Assembly: GCA_964440505.1 (NCBI GenBank)
Contig: CAYTSP010000139.1
Span: 1 to 56,323 of the forward strand
DNA from: an uncultured Nitrospinaceae bacterium
Lineage (GTDB): Bacteria > UBA8248
Length of the DNA stretch: 56,323 nt
Direction of reading: 5' to 3'
Shown: in pieces, positions 1 to 8,980 of the stretch
Layout of the letters: the number at the start of each line of letters is the position of its first letter
Position numbering within the stretch: the stretch's first letter is position 1
Notes under the pieces: model-generated
The model's database searches: none
Told to the model about the DNA's origin: nothing
What the model saw: only the letters and a program-made list of their open reading frames with translations
Translations under genes and position numbers: made by a program

Positions 1-237
1 AAGGCCTTCGGACCTCCATCGTTGCGGGTTGCCGGGTTCATGCGTCAAGGAAAGATTCGAGAAGGACCGCACGGCCGTGGGAGCGCGGTTTCCGGGCGGA
101 ATGATCATAACTTCTCTTCCAGAACCACCCCCACCGCCGCCACAGCCAGACAGTGTCAATACGAATATCACACCAAACAAAAGCGTCAGCCATGAAGATG
201 TAGTTTCTATATGAAACAGCTTCTTGAGTCGAGTCAT
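1..237 (-). CDS. lipoprotein, N-terminal 79 codons only (gene runs off the left edge)
   Basis: Absent from the ORF track because there is no stop in the window. A reverse-strand ATG at 237-235 opens MTRLKKLFHIETTSSWLTLLFGVIFVLTLSGCGGGGGGSG... This has a basic n-region, a hydrophobic core, the lipobox LSGC and a poly-Gly linker. The frame stays open to base 1. The 873..2456 neighbour has the same Cys-polyGly architecture. Confidence 0.5.
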   Translation of the reverse strand, partial: MTRLKKLFHIETTSSWLTLLFGVIFVLTLSGCGGGGGGSGREVMIIPPGNRAPTAVRSFSNLSLTHEPGNPQRWRSEGL

Positions 238-442
238 ATTCTTTGTGCTTGTGATGTAAATGATAATCCGTCCGCCTACAGATGGCGTCTCGCACGGTCT
301 CGCCTAAAAACCTGGATGAATGTTATCCTAAATTCGCCATCCCGCATTGGCAACAAGCAAGGGGGCCTTTTCGAATTCTGCGTGTACGGAATGAATCGTT
401 TGTGTCACTATTCGCGTCCGCCGGAGAGATGCGCTTCCCCAT

Positions 443-584
443 CCTTCGATACGGCGCCTGCGCGCTTACTCAGGATGAGGGTTCGAAAGCGCTTGATCGG
501 GACGAGGGCTTCAAGCGATCTGCGAAGCCCGATGCCGCGCGGTGGGTCAATCTCGACCGATCCGGGCTTTTTCAACAAAACCCC
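443..584 (+). repeat. REP/MITE-like interspersed repeat, copy 1 (~140 bp)
   Basis: ccttcgatacggcgc...actcaggatgagggttcg...cgaagcccgatgccgcg...ctttttcaacaaaacccc recurs as a reverse complement at 9303-9441 and partly at 9525-9677. It contains short stem-loops. The ORFs drawn across it (211..768, 282..689) look spurious. Confidence 0.6.
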
Positions 585-872
585 ATATGCGACTCCCACA
601 CATCCCCTCGAGTGGCGACTTGTGGGACAATCCCGAGGAGGGGTTGTCGCTACGAAAGCGGCTTCTCGTTTCCCCTATCGGCAAAATGAGAATACGGGTC
701 GACGCATTCCTCATGTATATCGGCATCATCCTCTCATCCCTGCTCCCGGTTCGTTTCCGGTTCTTTGAAATGGCAGTTTGATTCCGAAACGGAAGGAGAT
801 GTCTTCCGCCGGTATTCATTCGTCATTCTTACGGCGTTCTTTGGACTGCCGGTTGATCCGTCGCGGCTTTCC

Positions 873-2456
873 TTATCTTATCCCGCCGAAAGCTCCAAGA
901 ATTTTCTCCGCCCGATCATCCAAAGTCCCCGCCGCCTCCTCGTGATTCGGGCCGTAAAACCCGCCAATCACTTTTCCGTCTGCGTCCGTGAACCCGTTTT
1001 CTTCCACCGTCACGTCATACGCCAAGCTGGATTTCCGCCATCCCGTGAGTTGAGCCTGCGCTTCCACGTCAACTACCGAGCGAAGATTCAGGAACTGCAC
1101 CGTGCCGTCCAGAGTGTCGGCGGAAAGAACAATTTCCGCTTCGCCGAAAACCGGAGCAAAACTGGCCATATCGCTGGCCAGCAAGGAACCGCTCCACGTC
1201 AGCGTTCCCCTGTGCGCATCGGCGAAATTCGTGACAGATGGATTTCCGAAAACATCCGCATCCACCGTTATATAATCGGTGATGCGGGTGGAGGTGAAGG
1301 TCATGGTCCGGGCCGATGTTACCACCCATGCCGAATGTTGCGCCCATGCACCATAGCTGTACAACTCGGGTTCCGAAGGATAATCGTCCGCCACGGTATA
1401 GCCGATATCCTTCATGTAGGCGAAATCCATCTCATGCGGGATTGCAATTCCAGCACCGCAATAGGACATGATCATCTCGCAGGCGCCTAAATGGCCGAAA
1501 TCGGGTTCTCTTTCATGCCCGGGCTGGAAAGCCACGTTCCTGCCGCCATTGGCCACTGTCAAGTTCGGGCCGGTCCATACTCCGCGCTCGTAGTCTATGT
1601 AACGTTCAATGGTTTCCGGAGTGTCGGTTCTCCCGAGTTCTATCCCATGTCCGATTGCGTGGCCAATTTCATGAGCGGCGAGATAAGCGAACCACAGTGG
1701 CCCTCTGTTGATGTCACCCGCCGCCACTTCGACCCAACCCGTTCTGACCGTGAAGTCCTTTCCCTCTATCTGTTCGTACCGATAAAACCCGCGGGAATAT
1801 CCCCATTCAAAATCCCACTTGGGATTCTCTAAATCAGTTTCGAAATCAAGGAGAATCCCGTCCACCAGACGCGGGATGGTATGTCCCAACTCATTCCTCC
1901 CCTTACGGGTCACCACCGAATCCGTTGACATGAAGGGGCCGAGCACGTCCTTGAGCCTGTGAGACCAGGATTTCCCCGCTCTCTCAATGCCTCCCTTCAC
2001 GAAATCCGGCAACGAATCAAAATACCCATCAAAATCCCCGATGAAGTCGATATCAATCGTGTCCGTTGGTCCTGACATCCTTTGTGCATAAGTAATCCCG
2101 TCCTTGGAACCCAGGACGGAATACCCCGACGCATCCAACCCCTCGAACCGGAGAAGATTGCCGCCTCCTTCAAGAGCAAAATAGGACTTGATCGGTTCGG
2201 GTGATTTCCACGTATCCCGGATATCCACCCCCGCGATATTCTCGATGCCGGATGGTTCGGGAATATTTTCCATCTCAGGAGAATCCGGCATAACAACAGG
2301 TGTGGGAATAGAACCTCCGCCCCCTCCTCCGCCGCACCCGGTCAAAACCGTCAGGGCCGCAAGAATCGTCGCCGCAAGAATTGTCAATGCTGTTCTCACA
2401 TTCACCTCCCTTTGTGAGCCCGCCCGGGAGACTTCCCGGACGGAACATACAAGCAA
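873..2456 (-). CDS. surface lipoprotein with an HEXXH zinc-metalloprotease motif and a C-terminal TbpB/fHbp-like 8-stranded beta-barrel domain
   Basis: The signal peptide carries the lipobox LTGC followed by GGGGGGGS. AAHEIGHAIGHG is an HEXXH motif. The C-terminal ~150 aa (GTLTWSGSLLA...GEAEIVLSADTLDGTVQF...GGFYGPNHEEAAGTL...LGAFGG) fit the lipoprotein beta-barrel pattern seen in transferrin-binding and factor-H-binding type proteins. The true start may be internal (VNVRTAL...). Confidence 0.7.
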   Translation of the reverse strand: MLVCSVREVSRAGSQREVNVRTALTILAATILAALTVLTGCGGGGGGGSIPTPVVMPDSPEMENIPEPSGIENIAGVDIRDTWKSPEPIKSYFALEGGGNLLRFEGLDASGYSVLGSKDGITYAQRMSGPTDTIDIDFIGDFDGYFDSLPDFVKGGIERAGKSWSHRLKDVLGPFMSTDSVVTRKGRNELGHTIPRLVDGILLDFETDLENPKWDFEWGYSRGFYRYEQIEGKDFTVRTGWVEVAAGDINRGPLWFAYLAAHEIGHAIGHGIELGRTDTPETIERYIDYERGVWTGPNLTVANGGRNVAFQPGHEREPDFGHLGACEMIMSYCGAGIAIPHEMDFAYMKDIGYTVADDYPSEPELYSYGAWAQHSAWVVTSARTMTFTSTRITDYITVDADVFGNPSVTNFADAHRGTLTWSGSLLASDMASFAPVFGEAEIVLSADTLDGTVQFLNLRSVVDVEAQAQLTGWRKSSLAYDVTVEENGFTDADGKVIGGFYGPNHEEAAGTLDDRAEKILGAFGGIR

Positions 2457-2627
2457 TCAAACGAAACCTCGACAAGATTGCCGGGTCGTTGCGACAATAA
2501 CAGCGCAAGTGAGGAGTAGTTCCGTTTTTCACCCTTGCTCGTGGAGTTGCCCCGAACCAGAATCGTATTCATGTTTTCGAATGAAGCGATGTTATAGCAT
2601 ACAACCGGGTAATGATCTCGGAACCGG

Positions 2628-2920
2628 TCAAGTCCTGTAGATGCTGGATAATTTCTTTTGGCGCATATCGGCCGAGGGCTGCCTGATGTCGTTTTCCGCC
2701 TCGTAGTTCTGGTCCAGCTCCCGCCTCAGGGCGTCCATCTGACGGCGCTCGAAGCCGGTGACCTTGAGCGCGCGCCATCGCTCGGAAGCCCGGATCATGG
2801 CGGCGAACATGAGCTTGAGCACCGGCTTCTCCCCGAAGGCGTTGGGAATGATCTTCATCCGTCGGCGCTCCTCAACGAACAAGCGCTCGAGCAGGACCTT
2901 GACGCCGTTCGCCGTGAATC
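2628..2920 (-). pseudogene. IS256 (Mutator) family transposase, C-terminal stub only
   Basis: ...TANGVKVLLERLFVEERRRMKIIPNAFGEKPVLKLMFAAMIRASERWRALKVTGFERRQMDALRRELDQ matches the conserved C-terminal block of IS256-family transposases (TN-x-ERLF-x-E-x-RRR-TK-x-IP ... W). About 300 upstream codons, including the DDE core, are missing. Confidence 0.6.
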
Positions 2921-3250
2921 CCCATGCCGCCCATGAAAACGAGGCCCAGGAGCACCACCCATATCAGGGCGTTGTGGCTCAGGGGCAGGACAACAGTGAC
3001 GTCCGAAAACATGAGCGTGTACCCAAAAAGCCCAGTGGCGGAGAATACCGAGCCGATAAGGAGCCACAAGACGCCGCGCCTGCCCGCATAGACCCTGCCC
3101 ACTTCTCCCAGGAACGGCTTCATCGCGAGAAATGCGAACCCCCAGTTTTTCAAACATTGCGAAAAGGGCTTCGCAAATTTATAATGAGCAGTCTCCGCAA
3201 AATGCGGTGAGACGCTTCGGAAATTCGCCTTTCCCAAGAGGATCAATCCG

Positions 3251-5473
3251 TTGTTGCCCCGTTCCGGACGCGGAAAAACAACCTTTCTCACGCTGGGCGT
3301 CCTGGCCATTTTATGCGGATTGGGAATCGGCGCGAGCTTTACTTACTTTTACGATTTTCCCGAACTCGAGCGTCTCCAGAATTATAAACCCAACACCATT
3401 ACGCGCATTTACGCCCGCGGAGGCGAACTGCTCGCGGAATTGTACCAGGAAAGAAGAAAACCCATCCCCTTGAAGCAAATCCCCACTACCCTGCAACAAG
3501 CATTCCTGGCCATAGAAGACAGCCGCTTCTATGACCACCCGGGCGTCAGCTATCCCGATATTTTCCGGGCTTTCGTCAAGAACATGCTCGCGGGCCAATT
3601 CGTGCAGGGAGGCAGCACCATTACCCAGCAGTTGGCGAAAGTCTTATTCCTGACGCCGGAAAGAAAACTCAAGCGAAAAATCCGGGAAGCGTTGCTGGCC
3701 CTGGAGATTGAACGACGCTTCACGAAAGATGAGATACTCGAATTCTACATGAATCAAATCTACCTCGGCAGCGGGGCGTACGGTGTGCAGGCGGCGGCAC
3801 AAATCTATTTCGGGAAAACGGTCGCTCAACTCACCCTCGCCGAATCCGCCATGATTGCAGGACTGCCCAAAGCTCCAACGCGGTTCAGCCCGAAAATCAA
3901 TCCCGAAAAAGCGCTGGCGCGGCGCAACCTGGTGATCGAGAGGATGCGGGTGTCGGGCTTCATCACCGAAGAGCAGGCGAAAAGCACGCGGGAAGAGCCG
4001 ATCCGCGTCATTCCGAAGATGACCAACGTCGTACCCGAAGCCGCCTACTTCATCGAAAAAACCCGCCTCGGCCTCAGCCGCAGGTTCGGGCAATCGCTTT
4101 ACAAAAGCGGTCTGCAAATTCATACGACGGTCGATATCGGCTTGCAGAAAATGGCCCACAAAGCGCTCGTCAACGGGGTGGAAAGAATCAACATAAAGCG
4201 CGGCTTCAAGAAACCCGGAACGGAACTCAAGAGGCCGCCGCGCCTGGGGAATGGATTCCAGTTCCACGTTCTGGACATCACCGGCAAGGTGGTGAGCGGA
4301 ATCATCGGGGACTACGAAGCGGAGATGCTTCTTCCCGGACACATCGACCCCAAAAGGCTCAGGGAAGGCGATCTGCTTCTGGGGCGCGTGATCAAGGTGG
4401 ACCGCGCGTCGAAAAAACTCTTCCTGGACTGGCAGGAGACCGTGCAAGGCGCCGTCATCGCATTCGATACCAAAACCGGAGCGCTTCGCGCCCTGACGGG
4501 AGGAACCAACTTCCGCCGTTTCCCGTACAACCGGGCCACTCAGGCGCGGCGCCAACCGGGTTCGGCCTTCAAGCCCATCATCATGGGGACGGCCCTTTCC
4601 CTGGGCTACACGCCTGCGCACATTCTCATGGATACCCCCTTCGTGCGCCGCATGCCGGGGACGCTCAAGGACTGGAAGCCCAGAAACTACACCAACAAGT
4701 TCTATGGCCCCGTCACCATGAGAAGAACCCTGGAAGCGTCACTCAACCTGGCGACCATCAAATTGCTGGACCAAATGGGGCCGCAAAAGGCCGTCACCTT
4801 CGCACACCGGCTCGGCATCCGCTCGAAGATGAACCCGTATCTTTCGCTCGCCCTCGGCTCCATCGAGGTGTCGCCGTACCAGTTCACGGCTTCCTACATT
4901 CCATTCGCGACGCGGGGCGTTTATGCGCGGCCCTATGAAATCACGAGGGTCACCGACGGGAGAAACCGGGTCCTGGAGGAAAACGTTCCCACGACACACC
5001 TTGCCATCACGCCCGAGACGGCGTACCAGACGAAAATGCTGCTGCGCGGCGTCATCACGAACGGAACCGGGAAAAAAGCCAAAGATATCGGCGCATTTCT
5101 GGCCGGAAAAACAGGGACCACGAACGAATTCCGGGACGCCTGGTTCATCGGCTTCTCGGAAGACCTCGTTCTGGGGGTCTGGGTCGGCCGCGACGACAAC
5201 AAGCACATGGGCTACCGGGCTTCGGGCGGCAGCGCGGCCCTGCCCATCTGGATCGAGGCGATGGAGGGCTGGCTCGAAGGCAGGGAATCGGAAGTGCGGA
5301 ATCCCGAGCCGCCGCCCGGCATCACACTGGTGAAGGTGGATTCGCGCTCCGGCCAGTTGCCCTCGGCCTGGTGCGAGGGGGAACCGATACTGGAAGCATT
5401 CGTGGAAGGTACGGAACCCTCGGAGCCCTGCGCGCAGAAATCCCGCCTGCCGGCGATGCTGAACGGGGGTTGA
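3251..5473 (+). CDS. mrcA: class A penicillin-binding protein 1A (glycosyltransferase + transpeptidase)
   Basis: There is an N-terminal TM anchor. GT51 motifs are EDSRFYDHPG, GGSTITQQLAK and RKIREALLALEIE. Transpeptidase motifs are SAFKP (SxxK), SLN (SxN) and KTGTT (KTG). The start is TTG at 3251. Confidence 0.95.
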   Translation: MLPRSGRGKTTFLTLGVLAILCGLGIGASFTYFYDFPELERLQNYKPNTITRIYARGGELLAELYQERRKPIPLKQIPTTLQQAFLAIEDSRFYDHPGVSYPDIFRAFVKNMLAGQFVQGGSTITQQLAKVLFLTPERKLKRKIREALLALEIERRFTKDEILEFYMNQIYLGSGAYGVQAAAQIYFGKTVAQLTLAESAMIAGLPKAPTRFSPKINPEKALARRNLVIERMRVSGFITEEQAKSTREEPIRVIPKMTNVVPEAAYFIEKTRLGLSRRFGQSLYKSGLQIHTTVDIGLQKMAHKALVNGVERINIKRGFKKPGTELKRPPRLGNGFQFHVLDITGKVVSGIIGDYEAEMLLPGHIDPKRLREGDLLLGRVIKVDRASKKLFLDWQETVQGAVIAFDTKTGALRALTGGTNFRRFPYNRATQARRQPGSAFKPIIMGTALSLGYTPAHILMDTPFVRRMPGTLKDWKPRNYTNKFYGPVTMRRTLEASLNLATIKLLDQMGPQKAVTFAHRLGIRSKMNPYLSLALGSIEVSPYQFTASYIPFATRGVYARPYEITRVTDGRNRVLEENVPTTHLAITPETAYQTKMLLRGVITNGTGKKAKDIGAFLAGKTGTTNEFRDAWFIGFSEDLVLGVWVGRDDNKHMGYRASGGSAALPIWIEAMEGWLEGRESEVRNPEPPPGITLVKVDSRSGQLPSAWCEGEPILEAFVEGTEPSEPCAQKSRLPAMLNGG

Positions 5474-5488
5474 GACGCAGACGCGCTT

Positions 5489-5507
5489 GCGCCGCGATGC
5501 CGCGGCG
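5489..5507. terminator. candidate bidirectional stem-loop between convergent mrcA and the autotransporter gene
   Basis: gccgcg-atgc-cgcggc forms a 6-7 bp GC stem with a 4-nt loop, 16 nt after the mrcA stop. No clear U-tract follows, so support is weak. Confidence 0.2.
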
Positions 5508-5575
5508 TCATTTCCCCGGAAAATAAATTGCCGAAAACTTATCGAAGGGCGCGTTCGCTCCCTCCCGGGAACGTC

Positions 5576-8500
5576 CTACCATCGCCTCGCGCCCCTCAGG
5601 AGCAGGTCGCTTTCAGTATCGTCCCCGCCCGCGGGTTCGGTGAGGCTCCCCTCGAGCGCGAGGTCGAAGGCGGGGCCGAGCTTCCAGCGCGCACCCGCGC
5701 GCCAGACCTCGCCGCTCTCCGTGAGCGCCACGCCCGTGTAGGGCGTCAGCAGTCCGCGCCGGAGATCGAAGCCGTAGCCTGCCTCCGCCTCCAGGCTCGA
5801 ACCGGGCTCGAACCCGCCCACGCGCGCGAGGTCCGCCGCCGCGCGCTGAGACCAGAGCCGATCCATGCCCCCGGCCGCAGCGCCCCACGCGGAACCAACC
5901 CGCAGCGAGAGACCCCGGCCCGCAGCGTCCGGAGAATAGCGCACCGAGGCGCTCACGCCCCATTCCTCATAGTCGTTCTCCTCATGCGTCGCGAGTCCGC
6001 GCGCCTGAACGTCTACCGTGAAGCCCCCCGACGCATAGCGCAGCGCGCCGCCGAGTTCGAGACCCGCGCCCCTCTCCGCGTCGCCCCCGTCAAAACGAAG
6101 GCCGAACTCGACCGAGGGCGTGAGCAAGCCCGCCGTGAGCCGCACCTCGCGCGAGGCCTCGAGCGCCAGACGAAACCGGCTCGTGTCGGCTTCCGAAGCC
6201 GCGAGTCCCGCGACCGCGTCCGACTCGCTGCGCACGAACACCAGGTCGCTCCTTAGCGCCAGACGAAAGCCCCCGGCTGCGCGGAGTGCGCCGCGCGCGC
6301 CCGCCGCCGCCATCGACATCGTGAGGTCGGTCTCCACCTGCGCCGCTTCCGCCGGCTTGAGCGTCAGATCGCCCTCGCCGAATCCCGCGGCGCCCCACAC
6401 CGTAAGACGCTCGCTCACCGCGTAGCGCAGGTAGGGGTAGACGCCCGCGAGGCTCGTTTCCACGTCGCCCCGCATGCCCGACTGCTCATAGGAACCCTCC
6501 CCGGAACTCAAGGCGAGCGTCACGCCCATCAGGGCGCGGCCCGATTCGTAGTCCGCCCCCACGAGGCCCGTGGTAACGTCGCCTGTGAGCGTGAACGCGC
6601 CCTCGCGGCCGTCAAAGCCCGCCCGCGCCCCCCGGCCCCACAGCGACCAGCGGGGGTCCGAATCCGTCCTCTCGGCCGAGGCGAGGTGGAACGAACTCGC
6701 CAGGAGCAGTTCGCTCATCGACACCTCCCGCGCGAGCGAATCGCCCTTCCGCCCCGCAAGGCTCCCGCGCCATCCGGCGGGCCGGGGCTCACCGCGAAAC
6801 GCGGCCAGAGCCTCCTCCGCCCGGGCGGGACCGCCAAGCAGCACCTCGCGTCCGCCCAGCGTCACCCGCGTCGGGCCGCCCCCCTCGAGCCGCGCGCCCA
6901 CCGCGTCCAGCACCTGATCGGCCACCGTTCTGCCGAAGCGCGCCAGCCACGCCCGCGGCATCGGGTCGGTGTTCACGATCGTCCCCACGGCCTCGCCGTC
7001 GGCGACCCGCGCGCCCGCGGCGTTCGAGAGACTGAAGCGGAACGTCTCCCGCCCCTCGTCGATCGCGTCGTCGAGCACCGGAACGCTCACCGTCTTCGCC
7101 ACCTCGCCCGCCGCAAACGTCAGCGTGCCGCTCGTCGCCGTGTAGTCCTCGCCCGCCACGGCCGTCCCGTCGGCGGTCGCGTAGTCCACCGTCACCGCGC
7201 TCGAGGCCGCCCGGCTCAACGTCACCTGAAACGCCACCGCCGCGCCCGGCCCCTCGTCGACTTCCGCGTCCGCCACCGTGAGGTGCGCCGGACCCTGCAC
7301 CGTCGCCGACACATCGTTCGAGAGCAACCGGCCCGCCTCGGTGCGCACCGACCCCGCCGGCAGCATCAACACGACGTCCTCGAACGAGGCAGGCTTCACC
7401 ATGATCGTCCAGCGCCGGTTCTCTCCCTGCGCCACGCGCTTCACCCTGCGCACCCGCCCGTTCTTCACCTCCAGCGCCTCGTCCCTAAGCATCTTGTAGC
7501 GAAGATTCCCCGGGAAGTTCTCGCTGAAGCGAAGCTCGAAGCTGAACGCACGCTTGTCGTGCTCCGCAGGCACGCCGATGAACGACGCCGTCAGCGGCGC
7601 CGGCGGACCCGGGCCCGTCGCCCTGTTCTCCACCGCCGCGGGACCGAAGCTCGCGACCGGGAGCCCGTCGGCATCGACCAGCCCCCCGGCGCCGCTTCCG
7701 GGCTTCGAGTAGCTCACCGATACCGTCTGGCCCGCGCGCACCGGCTTCGACAGGATCACGCCGACCTTGTTGTCCTCCCGGAAGGCGCTGCGCGTGACCC
7801 GCGCCGCGCCGTCGACCTCGACGATATAGCGGGAGTGTTCTCCGCCTGACGTCAAGTCCTTGGAGAAGGTGAGCACCACGCGCTTCCCGTCCGCCGGCAC
7901 CGTCGCGCTCACGAACCGGGTCACCACCGGCACCCGCGCCGAGACGGTGTCGGAGAGCACCCGGCCCCCTTCCGTGCACACCGCGCCCGGCGCCGCGCAG
8001 TCCGTTGCCGCCGGCAGCGTCACCGTCACGGCCTCGGACGACGTCGGCTCCACCATGATCGTCCAGCGCTGGTTCTGTCTCGGCGCCACGCGCTTCACCC
8101 GGCGCACCCGCCCGTTCTTCACCTGCAGCGCCTCGTCCCTGAGCAGCTTGTAGCTCAGGCGGCCCGGGAAGTTCTCGCTGAAGCGCAGCTCGAACGTGAA
8201 CAGGCTGCTGCCGTCGTGCTCGGCCGGAACGCCGACGAACGACGCCGTCACGCCCGGCGCACTGCATATCGCCCCGGCAACTTCTTGATAAATACAGTTG
8301 TGGTTTCCAATAGTCCGAGCTAGGCCGGTACGAGGACAATCGATCAGCCGGCTCTCATTTCCCCTGCACTCCACATTATCCAGGTAGATCGGGCCGGTGC
8401 CTTCCCCGAAACGGCTGGGGGATCTGACAATGGGTGTGCCCCCGTGATACCCCAGTTGGCGACACGCGACGGCTGCATCCCGATCGTCCCAAAGATCGTG

Positions 8501-8878
8501 GCACACCGTCCCCCACCGTCCGTTGTGAAAGACCTCGACCCGCCCTTCGAGATCTGAACTCCCGCCCATCAGGCGCAGGCTTCCCGCCGCCGGTTGTTCC
8601 GCAGCATTCGTCTCGCCGACCGGCGCGGCGGCGAGCAGCAGGGGCGCAACGAACACGACCGCAAGCAGGGATGCCGCCGCGCGGCGGACGCGCGGGAAGC
8701 GAAAAAGACGAGAACGGACGCGGGTATCCCCCTGGTGCTGAGAACCGGAACGCGCGGGCGGCGCCTCTCCGGTCAACGGCGCTTCATCCTCGCGTGCGGT
8801 GAGGGCCGGGGCGCCGGTTGCGGGGAAAGAATGACTGTTCATGACGGAGTCCTCCCTGGCCTTATCGTCGGGAAACAT
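5576..8878 (-). CDS. autotransporter (type Va) with an N-terminal SRCR domain, two copies of a ~100-aa module, an Ig-like segment and a Calx-beta domain
   Basis: The signal-like segment is RRAAASLLAVVFVAPLLLAAAPVGETNA. SRCR spans aa ~100-206 (LRLMGGSSDLEGRVEVFHNGRWGTVCHDLWDDRDAAVACRQLGY...GPIYLDNVECRGNESRLIDCP...HNCIYQEVAGAICS) with 6 Cys. Calx-beta spans aa ~532-637 (VTVDYATADGTAVAGEDYTATSGTLTFAAGEVAKTVSVPVLDDAIDEGRETF). The C-terminal ~300 aa have alternating beta-strand character and end in ...RGARRW, typical of an autotransporter barrel. An alternative start is MNSHSF at 8842. Confidence 0.85.
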   Translation of the reverse strand: MFPDDKAREDSVMNSHSFPATGAPALTAREDEAPLTGEAPPARSGSQHQGDTRVRSRLFRFPRVRRAAASLLAVVFVAPLLLAAAPVGETNAAEQPAAGSLRLMGGSSDLEGRVEVFHNGRWGTVCHDLWDDRDAAVACRQLGYHGGTPIVRSPSRFGEGTGPIYLDNVECRGNESRLIDCPRTGLARTIGNHNCIYQEVAGAICSAPGVTASFVGVPAEHDGSSLFTFELRFSENFPGRLSYKLLRDEALQVKNGRVRRVKRVAPRQNQRWTIMVEPTSSEAVTVTLPAATDCAAPGAVCTEGGRVLSDTVSARVPVVTRFVSATVPADGKRVVLTFSKDLTSGGEHSRYIVEVDGAARVTRSAFREDNKVGVILSKPVRAGQTVSVSYSKPGSGAGGLVDADGLPVASFGPAAVENRATGPGPPAPLTASFIGVPAEHDKRAFSFELRFSENFPGNLRYKMLRDEALEVKNGRVRRVKRVAQGENRRWTIMVKPASFEDVVLMLPAGSVRTEAGRLLSNDVSATVQGPAHLTVADAEVDEGPGAAVAFQVTLSRAASSAVTVDYATADGTAVAGEDYTATSGTLTFAAGEVAKTVSVPVLDDAIDEGRETFRFSLSNAAGARVADGEAVGTIVNTDPMPRAWLARFGRTVADQVLDAVGARLEGGGPTRVTLGGREVLLGGPARAEEALAAFRGEPRPAGWRGSLAGRKGDSLAREVSMSELLLASSFHLASAERTDSDPRWSLWGRGARAGFDGREGAFTLTGDVTTGLVGADYESGRALMGVTLALSSGEGSYEQSGMRGDVETSLAGVYPYLRYAVSERLTVWGAAGFGEGDLTLKPAEAAQVETDLTMSMAAAGARGALRAAGGFRLALRSDLVFVRSESDAVAGLAASEADTSRFRLALEASREVRLTAGLLTPSVEFGLRFDGGDAERGAGLELGGALRYASGGFTVDVQARGLATHEENDYEEWGVSASVRYSPDAAGRGLSLRVGSAWGAAAGGMDRLWSQRAAADLARVGGFEPGSSLEAEAGYGFDLRRGLLTPYTGVALTESGEVWRAGARWKLGPAFDLALEGSLTEPAGGDDTESDLLLRGARRW

Positions 8879-8953
8879 CTCTCGATGCGCTCGGGGCGCG
8901 AGGCGGAGGCTTCGTCCGCGCGCAACGCGCGCGAGCCGCCGCCTGGGCTTGTG

Positions 8954-8980
8954 GCTTGAGGTTGCTTGAGGTTTGAGGTT
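8954..8980. repeat. tandem decamer gcttgaggtt x2.7 upstream of the autotransporter gene
   Basis: gcttgaggtt gcttgaggtt tgaggtt was read directly. It lies 76-102 nt upstream of the 8878 start on the coding strand. Confidence 0.7.

Noticed and set aside
2872-3309. 145-aa minus-strand ORF between the IS256 stub and mrcA, whose inner part MKPFLGEV... encodes two hydrophobic segments
   Set aside because: Its 5' part overlaps the mrcA start region and its 3' end runs into the IS256 fragment in another frame. It could be the remnant of a small membrane-protein gene disrupted by the IS. I could not support it as an intact gene.
3644-4621. 325-aa minus-strand ORF inside mrcA, plus smaller antisense ORFs at 4739..5206, 4923..5333 and 5212..5511
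   Set aside because: They are antisense or off-frame to a PBP1A gene with unambiguous motifs. They have no RBS or motif support, and their composition is shadow-like.
5528-8339. Long ORFs overlapping the autotransporter gene in other frames or on the other strand (5528..6256 +, 6686..7849 + of 387 aa, 7485..8339 - of 284 aa, 6570..6917 +, and others)
   Set aside because: Their Arg/Pro/Ala/Gly-rich low-complexity translations have no motifs. This is typical of shadow ORFs in very GC-rich DNA, and the 1100-aa frame explains the region.
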